32,000 nucleotides of DNA from Bicaudavirus pozzuoliense: sequence record NC_007409.1. One strand, written 5' to 3'. Made by a program: the position numbers and the translations under genes. Of this stretch, positions 8,702-17,664 are shown one piece after another (within the stretch, counting starts at the first letter, position 1; the number at the start of each line of letters is the position of its first letter). The notes under the pieces are model-generated. The model was not told where the DNA came from and did no database searches. It saw nothing but the letters and a program-made list of their open reading frames with translations.

Positions 8702-10663
8702 TTAACTGAGCTTTACTGTGTCATTTCCCTCCTCCTCTTCTTCTTCCTCTTCCTCTGTTGTCTCGTCTGTTTCTTCTTGTTGCCCCGCGTATTTAGCTAT
8801 CTGGTTTAACGTATACAGAGTGTCCTTTACCTTGCCTGCCAGCTTATCAATTTCTTCCTTTGTCACTGTACTATATAGATCCTTCAATAAGTTTAGTCTC
8901 AATTGTTTTTGTTCCAATTGTTTCTTCAATGATGCTATTTTGGTTTTCTTTAGATCTGGATTCTGTAGTTCTTGTTTCACCTCGTCAATATCAGTACGTA
9001 TTTCCTTTATCTGCCTGTTAATTTCACGAACTACTGCATCCTTCGGAACTAACAGAACAGTTACCATAAATTCTATTTCTTCTGGGCTGATTCCGAGCTT
9101 CTGTGCTTCTTGAACCAACTTGTCCAACTCCTTGTACAATTCTTGTTCCTTACCTGGCAGTATGGCCCAGATACCGTCGTGCATGAACGGGACTGCGTAT
9201 TTGTTCACTATCTCACTATACTTCTTCCTGAACTCTGCATATTTCATGTTCTCACGAGGTATTTCTGTATGCTCTTCCACGGCCTCTCCTTTGAAAGTTC
9301 TCTGTTTCTTCGCATTCTTGTACTCTGATGGAGAACGTCTCGAAAGAATTGGGAGGAAAATATATTTATCCTTAACCAAACTCGCAAAGAAATCTGCAAT
9401 ATCACCTTTGAAACCGAACGTTTGAATATTATTCTCTAGTGGTTGTTGTCCCTCCTCGCTCTTGTTACTCTCCTCCTCTGTCAGTATGTTCATTTTCAAT
9501 GGTGTGTTTTCTTCTTGTTGCCGTTGTTGTGGCGCTTCTGCGTTATTTTCTTCTTGTTGTTGCCGTTGCTTAGCTTCTGCAGGTGGATTTTGCTGTTGGG
9601 GTGAGTTTTCTTGCTTAGCTTCTGCGGGTTGCCCTTCTGCAAGCATCTCATCGACTATAGCAAACGGATTGAACAGCTGTTCCTGACTTTCCTGTTTGGT
9701 CTCTTTCTTCTCTTCCTCTTCTTTTCCTGTTTCCTGTTTAGTCTCTTGTTTCGTCTCTTCTTTTGCTGTTTCACCTAGAAGAAGATATTTATCTGCCGTC
9801 TTAACCATTTCTTCGAAAGTTTTACCAATTACTGGTTTTACTGGAATTACTTTTGGTCCTGGAAGTTGGTACACCATCTCATTCTTGAGGAAGTCCTCTG
9901 ATGTGATTTTGGACTTTATCATTTCATATAGTTGGTGGATGAACTCTGAAGCCTTTATATTAGCTTCTTTATTGAGGGGGAGCCTACAATAAGCGGTCTC
10001 TTCGCGGGCGTCATAGTAATAAAGTCCACCAGCAGATATGCACTCTTCTTTGGCTTTTGTATAGACTTCTGGCGGTGCATTCTTCAGGTCCATATAGAAT
10101 CGCACTACCCCATAACCGTTAAGCGTGTTGAACTCTTTCGGGTTCTCATCTAAGAAAAGAACACTATAATGATCGCTATTTTTCGTTTCGTCGACATTAA
10201 ATAGCAACCCATTTGTTACTTTGTAGCTACCATTAACGCTGGAGTACCACTTGTGGCCGTCAATTGGTTTTAAACCATAGTCTTCTGGGTGGGCATCAAT
10301 ATCCCCTTCAAAATACAGTTTGAGAACTGCTAACGGGAAATATCCCGGAACTAAAGCACTTTTGAATTCTAAGTCTTTTATTGGCGCCTCAAAGTCATAA
10401 TCATCATCGTATAGTCCTGAACGTGTTAAAAGATCCTTTTTTGTCGCTATTCTGTCTCCTTTGAACTCAGCAGGCTTTGTATTAAATGCGACTGGGTATA
10501 CTGGTAGTTCCAAATCTTTTGTATCTCCCTTTGATATCTTCTCCTCGAATTCTTTTGTTGCTGGTACGGCCAATGTTAAGTAAATATACTTAGTGAATTG
10601 CTTTTCTCCTATTGGTGTTCCCGCCGGCATTAGCAGGTCATAAACATACTCCCACGGTTGCAT
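8702..10663 (-). CDS. Bicaudavirus structural-type protein of the 'MQPWEYVYDLLMP' family (ATV ORF653-like), with a long Q/E-rich coiled-coil insertion
   Basis: N-terminal ~300 aa paralogous to the 387 and 362 aa ORFs; shared C-terminus VKLS; extended EQQRQQ/coiled-coil segment. Confidence 0.85.
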   Translation of the reverse strand: MQPWEYVYDLLMPAGTPIGEKQFTKYIYLTLAVPATKEFEEKISKGDTKDLELPVYPVAFNTKPAEFKGDRIATKKDLLTRSGLYDDDYDFEAPIKDLEFKSALVPGYFPLAVLKLYFEGDIDAHPEDYGLKPIDGHKWYSSVNGSYKVTNGLLFNVDETKNSDHYSVLFLDENPKEFNTLNGYGVVRFYMDLKNAPPEVYTKAKEECISAGGLYYYDAREETAYCRLPLNKEANIKASEFIHQLYEMIKSKITSEDFLKNEMVYQLPGPKVIPVKPVIGKTFEEMVKTADKYLLLGETAKEETKQETKQETGKEEEEKKETKQESQEQLFNPFAIVDEMLAEGQPAEAKQENSPQQQNPPAEAKQRQQQEENNAEAPQQRQQEENTPLKMNILTEEESNKSEEGQQPLENNIQTFGFKGDIADFFASLVKDKYIFLPILSRRSPSEYKNAKKQRTFKGEAVEEHTEIPRENMKYAEFRKKYSEIVNKYAVPFMHDGIWAILPGKEQELYKELDKLVQEAQKLGISPEEIEFMVTVLLVPKDAVVREINRQIKEIRTDIDEVKQELQNPDLKKTKIASLKKQLEQKQLRLNLLKDLYSTVTKEEIDKLAGKVKDTLYTLNQIAKYAGQQEETDETTEEEEEEEEEGNDTVKLS

Positions 10664-10724
10664 TGAATAGTCACAAACTCAATTGAACTACGCTGTTAAA
10701 AAGATTGCGGACAGCTGTCCTATA

Positions 10725-11366
10725 CTAGGCGAGGCTTCCCGCGCCCTGTTCTTGTTGTTGTTTTGTTTTTTTCGCCAAATACAGAAAAGGATGTAAAACT
10801 TCTGGGGACGGTTCCAGAATTCTTCCATCCGCAGTCATCAACTTGAAATCGTTTGTGAGCTTGAACCCTAGTTTTCTAACTATGAAATCTAAATATACCT
10901 TATTAAGATATAGAAGTCTGGCTACTTGTTTCGGGTTCTTACTATATTCTATCATCGTTGCAATGCATGCGTTTACCAAATCCTGGGGCAATATCCCGGT
11001 TATTTCAAAGATTTTTCTCTCGTAAACTGAAGGCCTTTCTATATCTCGGAATAGTGGCTGGTCTAGGCCGATCTTGAAACGCCTAGTATAAAGCACTATT
11101 ATATCCACTAGATGCCTGGGGACGATCATATACAATGGGGAATCGTTATATATTGCGTAAGGTCTTGGGTAGAAACGTAAGTTTTTGGCGTCAAATTGGC
11201 TGAGGGAAAGAGTGGTAACGTTTCTCCTCAAGCCGAGCCCGAAGTAGAGGAACATATAAAGGTACGTTTCGACACTCTTCTGGCTTGCGTATTTTAGTGA
11301 TAGGAGTGAGAGTACTTTTTGCGCAAACTTGATGTACATCGTTATGTAGACTCGTTTCTCGTCCAT
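10725..11366 (-). CDS. Uncharacterised protein (213 aa) with possible degenerate tyrosine-recombinase fold
   Basis: ORF; C-terminal pattern resembles the integrase catalytic region but lacks catalytic residues (see findings). Confidence 0.6.
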   Translation of the reverse strand: MDEKRVYITMYIKFAQKVLSLLSLKYASQKSVETYLYMFLYFGLGLRRNVTTLSLSQFDAKNLRFYPRPYAIYNDSPLYMIVPRHLVDIIVLYTRRFKIGLDQPLFRDIERPSVYERKIFEITGILPQDLVNACIATMIEYSKNPKQVARLLYLNKVYLDFIVRKLGFKLTNDFKLMTADGRILEPSPEVLHPFLYLAKKTKQQQEQGAGSLA

Positions 11367-11473
11367 ACTAATTGCTCAGCTGGGTTTGTTAATAAAAGAA
11401 GAGATGAGAGGGGAGGAAAGAAGAATAAATGAAATTCTAAAAAATTTATCTTTGCTTTTAAGGCTCTTTATGT

Positions 11474-11941
11474 TTATGAGCCTGTTCCACCGCTGGAGAA
11501 ACTGGTTCTTAGTAATACTATTATTACTGATACTATTGCTATTATTATCAAGATGGTGATTAAACCGATGGAACTGCTGAACAAACCACCTAAGGATTGC
11601 ATTCCGTGGATAACACTTGTAGTTGCATTATATAGCGGGTTGTTCTGGGATACTGTAGGTGTGTATGCGCCTAAAGTTGTGAAGAGATCTGCTACGATGA
11701 AACCGCCTACTGCTAATAGTACTACTATGAATATTACACTTATTGCTAGGTTTTCCATCGTCTTGCTGTCAAACCCACCAGCTCTCACTAGAAGGTTCTT
11801 CTTGCTAAATTTTGCCCTCCTATAACCTAATAGCATAATATTTACTATGTACCTCCATAATATTAGCATCATTGATATAAATACTAGATAGTATAATGGC
11901 CTATTTGTTTCTGCCTCTGCTTTAATGGATTGGGCCTTCAT
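11474..11941 (-). CDS. Small polytopic membrane protein (155 aa)
   Basis: Hydrophobic segments [43 protein letters not shown] and [20 protein letters not shown]; TATA CTTTTTAAGCGCTTG ~30 nt upstream. Confidence 0.75.
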
Positions 11942-11963
11942 TTTCCTCAGAAGGAAAGGAGAA

Positions 11964-11982
11964 CAAGCGCTTAAAAAGATTT
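11964..11982 (-). promoter_or_regulatory. Archaeal promoter core AAATCTTTTTAAGCGCTTG, shared with the 131 aa gene
   Basis: 19-nt identity with 17540-17558; same position relative to the start codon. Confidence 0.7.
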
Positions 11983-12126
11983 CAAGGAGACGGCGAAGCT
12001 TAATGAACCAAAAAACACAGCTGTCTTTTCGTCAATAGTTCATCTTCTTCAACATGTACCCCAGCATAATAGAGAATGCTAACAATGGGATCAAACTGTA
12101 CATCTGGAAAACGAACGTCAATACTG

Positions 12127-14259
12127 TCAGGATATCGCGAATATGAAAACACCAATCCAGATTTTAGTGCCATATGCCATGCTCACGATTGCTACAGCTC
12201 CAATTATATAATACGAGATAACGGTTAGTTCAGATTCAGGATCTACTATGATGTTACCGGGGTAATTCGGGATTGGCAAGGAAACTGCCGGGGTAGTAGT
12301 GTTGACTGGTATCGTTTTCATGAATATGCTCTGCGTTTGCGTTTGCCCTACCGTGATTGTAATGCTTCTTGAAGCTTGGTCAATAGCCACCAGAAGTGGC
12401 ATGTCTGAGGGCAAGTTGACTGGGAAATTATTCGTAGTGACGACCAGGTTCTGCTGAACGTTAGTATAAACTAAGGTTATGCTATAGCCTTGGAAACCGA
12501 CTAAAACTAGGTTCGGTGCGGACGTGTTTTGCACAATTGTAGAGTAAACGTTTCCATTTGAGCCCACAATTTCTAGTCCAGGCTGGGATACTACTGAAAG
12601 GATTACAGAATTAATCGGTGTTGGTTGCCCAACGTTCATAGCGGCAATCCCACTCAATTCATAATATGTTCCCGTACTGAGCGTTTCCGCGACTGATTGA
12701 ATGACGAGCGGTATAGTGCCATTATAATTCACATACGCAATCGTGGGCTGAATTGCATAAGAGGACTGTTGGATAAACGGGAATACTCTACTTGTAGTCA
12801 CTATTTCCCCGAAAACGTAGTAGGTATTTCCGACAGCGAATTCGCCAACTGCTACGACCATTGGAAACGTTACGTTCCCTAATGCTGGGCCTTTAGTACC
12901 GGCAATATAGGAGTATGCTTCTCCGTTCTGGATCAAAACTCCATAAGTGTGCAGAAGGTCTGTAAAGCCTATCAATGCACTATATTGCTGGTTGATGCCA
13001 AATGCGTTAGTCGATATATGTATCCCAGTAACGCCAACTCCATAGAATTTCACGACAACTAAGGGTACCGGAAGACCACTATAAATGGAAGAGCCCGTAA
13101 CTGTGAAAGAATAAGAAGTGCCGTTGGAATAGGTAACTGTTACTATTGAGTTTACTGGCGCAATCAGTTCGTCGTCGCTACTGTTGAACACGGAATTCAA
13201 TATTACTGCATACGTTGACTTATCGAGCTGGTAATGCCCAGTTATAGGGACTTTGCAACCATTTAACAGCTGTATACTCCCATTCACTATCCATTCAGGG
13301 CACCATACAAATGACGGGTTGATTGAATACGAATCGATTCCTGTACCCACTAATTGCCCTGCGATAAACGTAGAATTGGTTGTATAAGACGTAGCCGGCA
13401 GAGTAGCACCAGGCAGAAGGACTTGTGAGTTTTTTGCTGATGAGTAGAAAATTAATCCATTCGTGGAAACTGTCGTTATGAATGGCAAAGATTGTTGCAT
13501 TGAGCCCACATATTTCAGAGAGTTGTAATAATAATAATAGTGAGTAGAGTTAGCAGTAAGATATTGCGAAGTATAAGACTCGGCTATTATGTAGGGCGTA
13601 TTATACTGCGCTATTGCTGGATATGGTACTTGATAGCTACCAGTGTAAGTTAACACGTGAACAATTATCAAAGAGCCAGGCGGAATTGGCGAAGTATATA
13701 CTATCTGTGTAGGGGATACGCTTTGGGGTGACAGGATTTGATAGAGCCATAACGCAGAAGTGTAACGGGGGGCAGTGTAGTTTTCTGTTAATATAGAATT
13801 TTTGCCATTCAGTGTTAGGACACCGCCTGACACTACACCGTTACTTATGTTCCACATTGAGCTATTGTATATGTAAAATTGAGTGTAAAGGGAAAACACA
13901 TCAGTCGAAACCAACTGAGAAGTGACAGATTGCCCGTACACAAAATAGTAAGTTTCAGTAGTCGGTTGTGGTTCGTACCAGACAACAAAGGCTGGATTTG
14001 TGCTAAAAAGATAAGAGTACAGCAATGTACCATACTGGTTTATCATGTAATAATTGTAGAAACCTGATGGAATATTCAATGGCGCAGTGTAAATGACACC
14101 GCCAGATACATTATAATTATAAATGATCTGAATTGGCACTTGGTTTTGACTGCTCACTGTAGAATTGGTTGGGTGGAGAAAAGTCAATGGCAAAATCAGG
14201 ATTACGATAGAAAATATTGTCTTCAAAAGTAGGCGTTTTTTCTTCCTGTCTAGCTTCAT
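12127..14259 (-). CDS. Secreted or virion-surface beta-rich Thr/Ser/Asn-rich protein with N-terminal signal and C-terminal TM; start probably ATG at 14259 (710 aa)
   Basis: MKLDRKKKRLLLKTIFSIVILILPLTFLHP signal; C-terminal ISYYIIGAVAIVSMAYGTKIWIGVFIFA. TATA at ~14283-14290 places the TSS at ~14260. Confidence 0.8.
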   Translation of the reverse strand: MKLDRKKKRLLLKTIFSIVILILPLTFLHPTNSTVSSQNQVPIQIIYNYNVSGGVIYTAPLNIPSGFYNYYMINQYGTLLYSYLFSTNPAFVVWYEPQPTTETYYFVYGQSVTSQLVSTDVFSLYTQFYIYNSSMWNISNGVVSGGVLTLNGKNSILTENYTAPRYTSALWLYQILSPQSVSPTQIVYTSPIPPGSLIIVHVLTYTGSYQVPYPAIAQYNTPYIIAESYTSQYLTANSTHYYYYYNSLKYVGSMQQSLPFITTVSTNGLIFYSSAKNSQVLLPGATLPATSYTTNSTFIAGQLVGTGIDSYSINPSFVWCPEWIVNGSIQLLNGCKVPITGHYQLDKSTYAVILNSVFNSSDDELIAPVNSIVTVTYSNGTSYSFTVTGSSIYSGLPVPLVVVKFYGVGVTGIHISTNAFGINQQYSALIGFTDLLHTYGVLIQNGEAYSYIAGTKGPALGNVTFPMVVAVGEFAVGNTYYVFGEIVTTSRVFPFIQQSSYAIQPTIAYVNYNGTIPLVIQSVAETLSTGTYYELSGIAAMNVGQPTPINSVILSVVSQPGLEIVGSNGNVYSTIVQNTSAPNLVLVGFQGYSITLVYTNVQQNLVVTTNNFPVNLPSDMPLLVAIDQASRSITITVGQTQTQSIFMKTIPVNTTTPAVSLPIPNYPGNIIVDPESELTVISYYIIGAVAIVSMAYGTKIWIGVFIFAIS

Positions 14260-14303
14260 ATGTGAAAAATAACGCATGAGCTTTTAAAAAACACAGCTGT
14301 GCT

Positions 14304-16982
14304 TTAATGAACAAGCCTCTTCAGCACTATGTTTCCAAAATTGTTCGACCCAACTGCGTAAACTTCATCACAGATTTCTTTGAGCGTCTTGAGTCCTCTC
14401 TCACCTAGGTCGATACCATAACACAATAGCTCTACTTTGTTCTTTTTCTTTAACGAATTGATTTCCCTTGCTATATCGTCTGGAATTTCATCCTCACCGT
14501 CAGTCAGTAAAATGAGTGTCCTAGTTTTCCTGAGACTTTCCCTTAATTTCCTGTCATAATCGCTGTCAGGCTTATCTATGTTCTTGAGAGCATAAAGAAC
14601 GGCACTGCCTATGTTAGTCCCGCCGAACTTCATGCTTCCCAACACGTTTGCAATATTCTTTATATTATATATAGGAGATGGTTCGTCAGAGAACGTTTCG
14701 ACGAGAATGTTCCTTTTCCCCTTGTATTTCTTATACGTAACCAGTGGGATTGCGAGCGCTGTAGCAATCTTATTACCTTCCATCGAGCCAGACGAATCTA
14801 TTACGAATAAGAAATCTCCTTGCTTTTTCTCCTCACTCTTGTGAATTGACAATGCTCCGTTCAAATAGTCTAACAGGAACATTTTTTGTTGTATTGGATT
14901 AGACAACTTCGCGTACTCCTTAATGAATAACCTAGATAGATCGTCGCCCATAGTTGAGCTTGGGCCTTTCCCAGAGCCATGCCTCGACTCCACTTCAGAC
15001 TCGCCTTTATTTCTAACGAAATCCAGTAAGCCCTTATATTTCGTCGCTATATTGCCCAGAAGACGTCTGAGACTATATTGAGTTACCAATTCCTGCAAAA
15101 TCTTGTTCTGCTCTCCCTCGCTAACGTTCAAATCTTTCAATAATTTTTGCACGTTATTTGCCGTATCGTATAAATTCTCTATCTCCTTCTCTTTTCTGTG
15201 CTCCGAAACGTTCTGATCGTCGAACGTTCTTTCGTCAATTGCATTAGAATAAAAGTCATAATTGCGTAGTTGTTGGACAGTGTCTCTCAACTGCGACAAA
15301 GTCTGCAAGATTGAGTTTATTTCTTGTGGCGATGAAAGAAGATCTTCATCACCATGCGCATAGCCACGGCCTCCTTCTTCAAGGCTTAATTCGCCTTGTT
15401 GTGATCCGAGTTGTTCACTACCAGCACTTTCACTGCTACTCCCAGTCTGCTCCCCAGCAATACTTTCGGCTCCCTCACTCTCACTGCCTTCGCCTGATTC
15501 ACCAGCGTTCTGCTCTTCACTAGCTTCAGACCCTTCACTTCTCTGTCCGCTACCAGTACTACTACTCACTCCCTGTTCAGACGGCTGTCCTACTTCACCT
15601 TCCGCCGCAGTCCCCTCCGCTTCACTACCTTGTCCACCCTCTTCAGTTTCTGCACCTCCCTCACCACCTTCCTGTGTTTCTTCTGGCGATTGTCCTTCTT
15701 CACTTTCTGATTCAGCACCTCCGCCACTTTCAGTGGCCTCTCTCTTTTTACCTTTCTGTTTGCCAGTAGTTTCACTTTCTTGTCCCTGCTCTCCTTCTTC
15801 ACCAAATCCTTGTTCGCTACCAGTCTCTCCCCCACTTTCTTGTCCTGCCTCTTCTTCACCTGAAGACAGCTGTGTTTCTTCTGGTGCGCTTCCTGGCTCT
15901 TCACCAGCTTCAGATTCCTGCCCGCGACTACTCCTCTTCTTCTGTTTTCCTACTCCTTCTTGTTGGTTCCCTTCTTCACCGGACTCTTCTTGTTCGGCCC
16001 CTTCTTCTCCTTCGCTACCACTCTGCTGTTGGCCCTCCTCTCCTTGCTGTCCACTCTTGCCTTTGCTCCCAGTCTGTTCCTCAGAAGCACTTTCACTTTC
16101 GGTTATCTCTCCCTCGCTCTCACCCGATTCACCACCGTTCTGCGCTTCACCACTTGATTCCTGTCCATTACCAGTCTCTTCTCCCTCTTCTTGTTCTGAC
16201 TCCGCTTCACCTCTTCTTCCGCCCTCTTCAGTTTCTGCTCCTTCTCCCTCACCACCTTTTCCCTCTTCCTGTTGGTTCCCTTCTCCGCTTGAGGACAGCT
16301 GTGTTTCTTCTGATGATTGTCCTTCTTCACTTTCTGACTCTCCGCTTTCTTCAGATTGCTTCCCTTCTGATTCTGAGACCTCCTCTTCTTGTTCTTCTCT
16401 CTGCTTGCTTCTACTTCCCTTTACGCCTTCTTGTTCTTCACCGGACTCTTCTTGTTGGTTCCCTTCTTCCCCACTTTCTTGTTCGGCCCCACTAGCTTCT
16501 TCAGTTTTGCCTGGGGTCTTCTGTTGTTGCTTTTCTTCGTTTCCTCTTTTTCCTTGATTTTCAGCACTCCTACTAACACGCTGGTTTGCCACCTCACTAG
16601 TTTTTGTTTTCTGTGGTTGTTGCTTGGCACGTTGGGGTCTTCTCTGGAGTTGTTCCTCAATCCGCTGGGCTTCCTTTTGCACCGCTTTCGCTAAAACGTC
16701 CCTTATGCTTTGGTTAGGGTTGCTCATTATTTCATTAATTATTTGTCTTTTCAGGTCTTCCACAACGTTCTCAGGTAGTTTCTCCAAGAATGGGTAGAAG
16801 AGCTTGTAATAGTATTCTAAAGTAAATTTGGCGAAGTTTTGATAGTACCTGAAAAGCTTACTATATTTTCTAAGAATAGGGTCTATAAATTCGATGAACT
16901 TTCTCGCTTTATCTGAAATTTGCCTTTTGTCTTCAGCATAATACTGGTACGCCTCATCAACAACGTCTTGGTCCACGCTCAT
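14304..16982 (-). CDS. von Willebrand factor A domain protein with a very long Glu/Gly/Ser/Gln low-complexity region (ATV ORF892-like; MoxR-associated VWA partner)
   Basis: MIDAS motif DFLFVIDSSGSMEG, downstream FGGTNIGSAV and LILLTDGEDEIPD; 892 aa. Confidence 0.92.
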   Translation of the reverse strand: MSVDQDVVDEAYQYYAEDKRQISDKARKFIEFIDPILRKYSKLFRYYQNFAKFTLEYYYKLFYPFLEKLPENVVEDLKRQIINEIMSNPNQSIRDVLAKAVQKEAQRIEEQLQRRPQRAKQQPQKTKTSEVANQRVSRSAENQGKRGNEEKQQQKTPGKTEEASGAEQESGEEGNQQEESGEEQEGVKGSRSKQREEQEEEVSESEGKQSEESGESESEEGQSSEETQLSSSGEGNQQEEGKGGEGEGAETEEGGRRGEAESEQEEGEETGNGQESSGEAQNGGESGESEGEITESESASEEQTGSKGKSGQQGEEGQQQSGSEGEEGAEQEESGEEGNQQEGVGKQKKRSSRGQESEAGEEPGSAPEETQLSSGEEEAGQESGGETGSEQGFGEEGEQGQESETTGKQKGKKREATESGGGAESESEEGQSPEETQEGGEGGAETEEGGQGSEAEGTAAEGEVGQPSEQGVSSSTGSGQRSEGSEASEEQNAGESGEGSESEGAESIAGEQTGSSSESAGSEQLGSQQGELSLEEGGRGYAHGDEDLLSSPQEINSILQTLSQLRDTVQQLRNYDFYSNAIDERTFDDQNVSEHRKEKEIENLYDTANNVQKLLKDLNVSEGEQNKILQELVTQYSLRRLLGNIATKYKGLLDFVRNKGESEVESRHGSGKGPSSTMGDDLSRLFIKEYAKLSNPIQQKMFLLDYLNGALSIHKSEEKKQGDFLFVIDSSGSMEGNKIATALAIPLVTYKKYKGKRNILVETFSDEPSPIYNIKNIANVLGSMKFGGTNIGSAVLYALKNIDKPDSDYDRKLRESLRKTRTLILLTDGEDEIPDDIAREINSLKKKNKVELLCYGIDLGERGLKTLKEICDEVYAVGSNNFGNIVLKRLVH

Positions 16983-17119
16983 TGCTTTTCCAATTACCTT
17001 TTAAGTTAAAAACTAAAATGGAACACATAAGACAAGAAGAAGAAGAGAAAACAAATAATAAGGAAATTAAAAATGGGGTTCACTTTTTCTTTCTTCCTTC
17101 CTTCCTTTCTTTTTTATCT

Positions 17120-17515
17120 TTAAGAAGCCATCGCTTGCGCTAATTTCTTTGCCCCTTTGCTGAGTACCTCTTCTCTTTCAATATTCCTGACTTGGGTTGC
17201 TGGTGACGCGAGAAATGCTTTTGCTTGTTGATATTCTGGATTTGATGTGACTTGAGCTATCACCTCACCTGGAATTGGTTGACTCTGGAAACCGCTTCCT
17301 TTATTTCTATATGGTTTCATTGCATCAGATATCATTTTTACTATTGCGTGGATTGCCTCTTTTGTTCTTTCGTCTCCAGCTCTTCTTGCATTAGCTTCTT
17401 CTCCTGCTAACTTTAGTGTGACTTCTGGGTAGCCTAGTTGTCCATTTTCAAACATATCTAAGATCTTTACTGCTCCTCCTGCATAATCACCTTTTTTTGG
17501 CTCGTATTTTGCCAT
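17120..17515 (-). CDS. Small abundant-type structural protein (ATV P131-like)
   Basis: 131 aa ORF, size and context match ATV ORF131; leaderless-type promoter AAATCTTTTTAAGCGCTTG upstream. Confidence 0.75.
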   Translation of the reverse strand: MAKYEPKKGDYAGGAVKILDMFENGQLGYPEVTLKLAGEEANARRAGDERTKEAIHAIVKMISDAMKPYRNKGSGFQSQPIPGEVIAQVTSNPEYQQAKAFLASPATQVRNIEREEVLSKGAKKLAQAMAS

Positions 17516-17539
17516 TGCTCTTCAAGAATGAGCAAACCG

Positions 17540-17558
17540 CAAGCGCTTAAAAAGATTT
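17540..17558 (-). promoter_or_regulatory. Archaeal promoter core AAATCTTTTTAAGCGCTTG for the 131 aa gene
   Basis: 19-nt identity with the promoter at 11964-11982. Confidence 0.7.
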
Positions 17559-17664
17559 AAGGCGTGTTTTATAACAAAACTGGGGGTTAAGGGGAGCAGA
17601 ATGCCTCACAAGGATAGGACAGCTGTTTATCAATCTTTTTAACAGCATAGTTCAGTTAAGTTTG

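Noticed and set aside
15311-16694. Multiple long plus-strand ORFs (e.g. 15733-16557, 274 aa; 15872-16495; 16389-16694)
   Set aside because: They are antisense shadows of the low-complexity acidic repeat in the 892-aa VWA gene; composition (Ser/Pro/Cys/Leu-rich) is what complementing GAA/GAG/GGN codons yields, with no independent promoter evidence.
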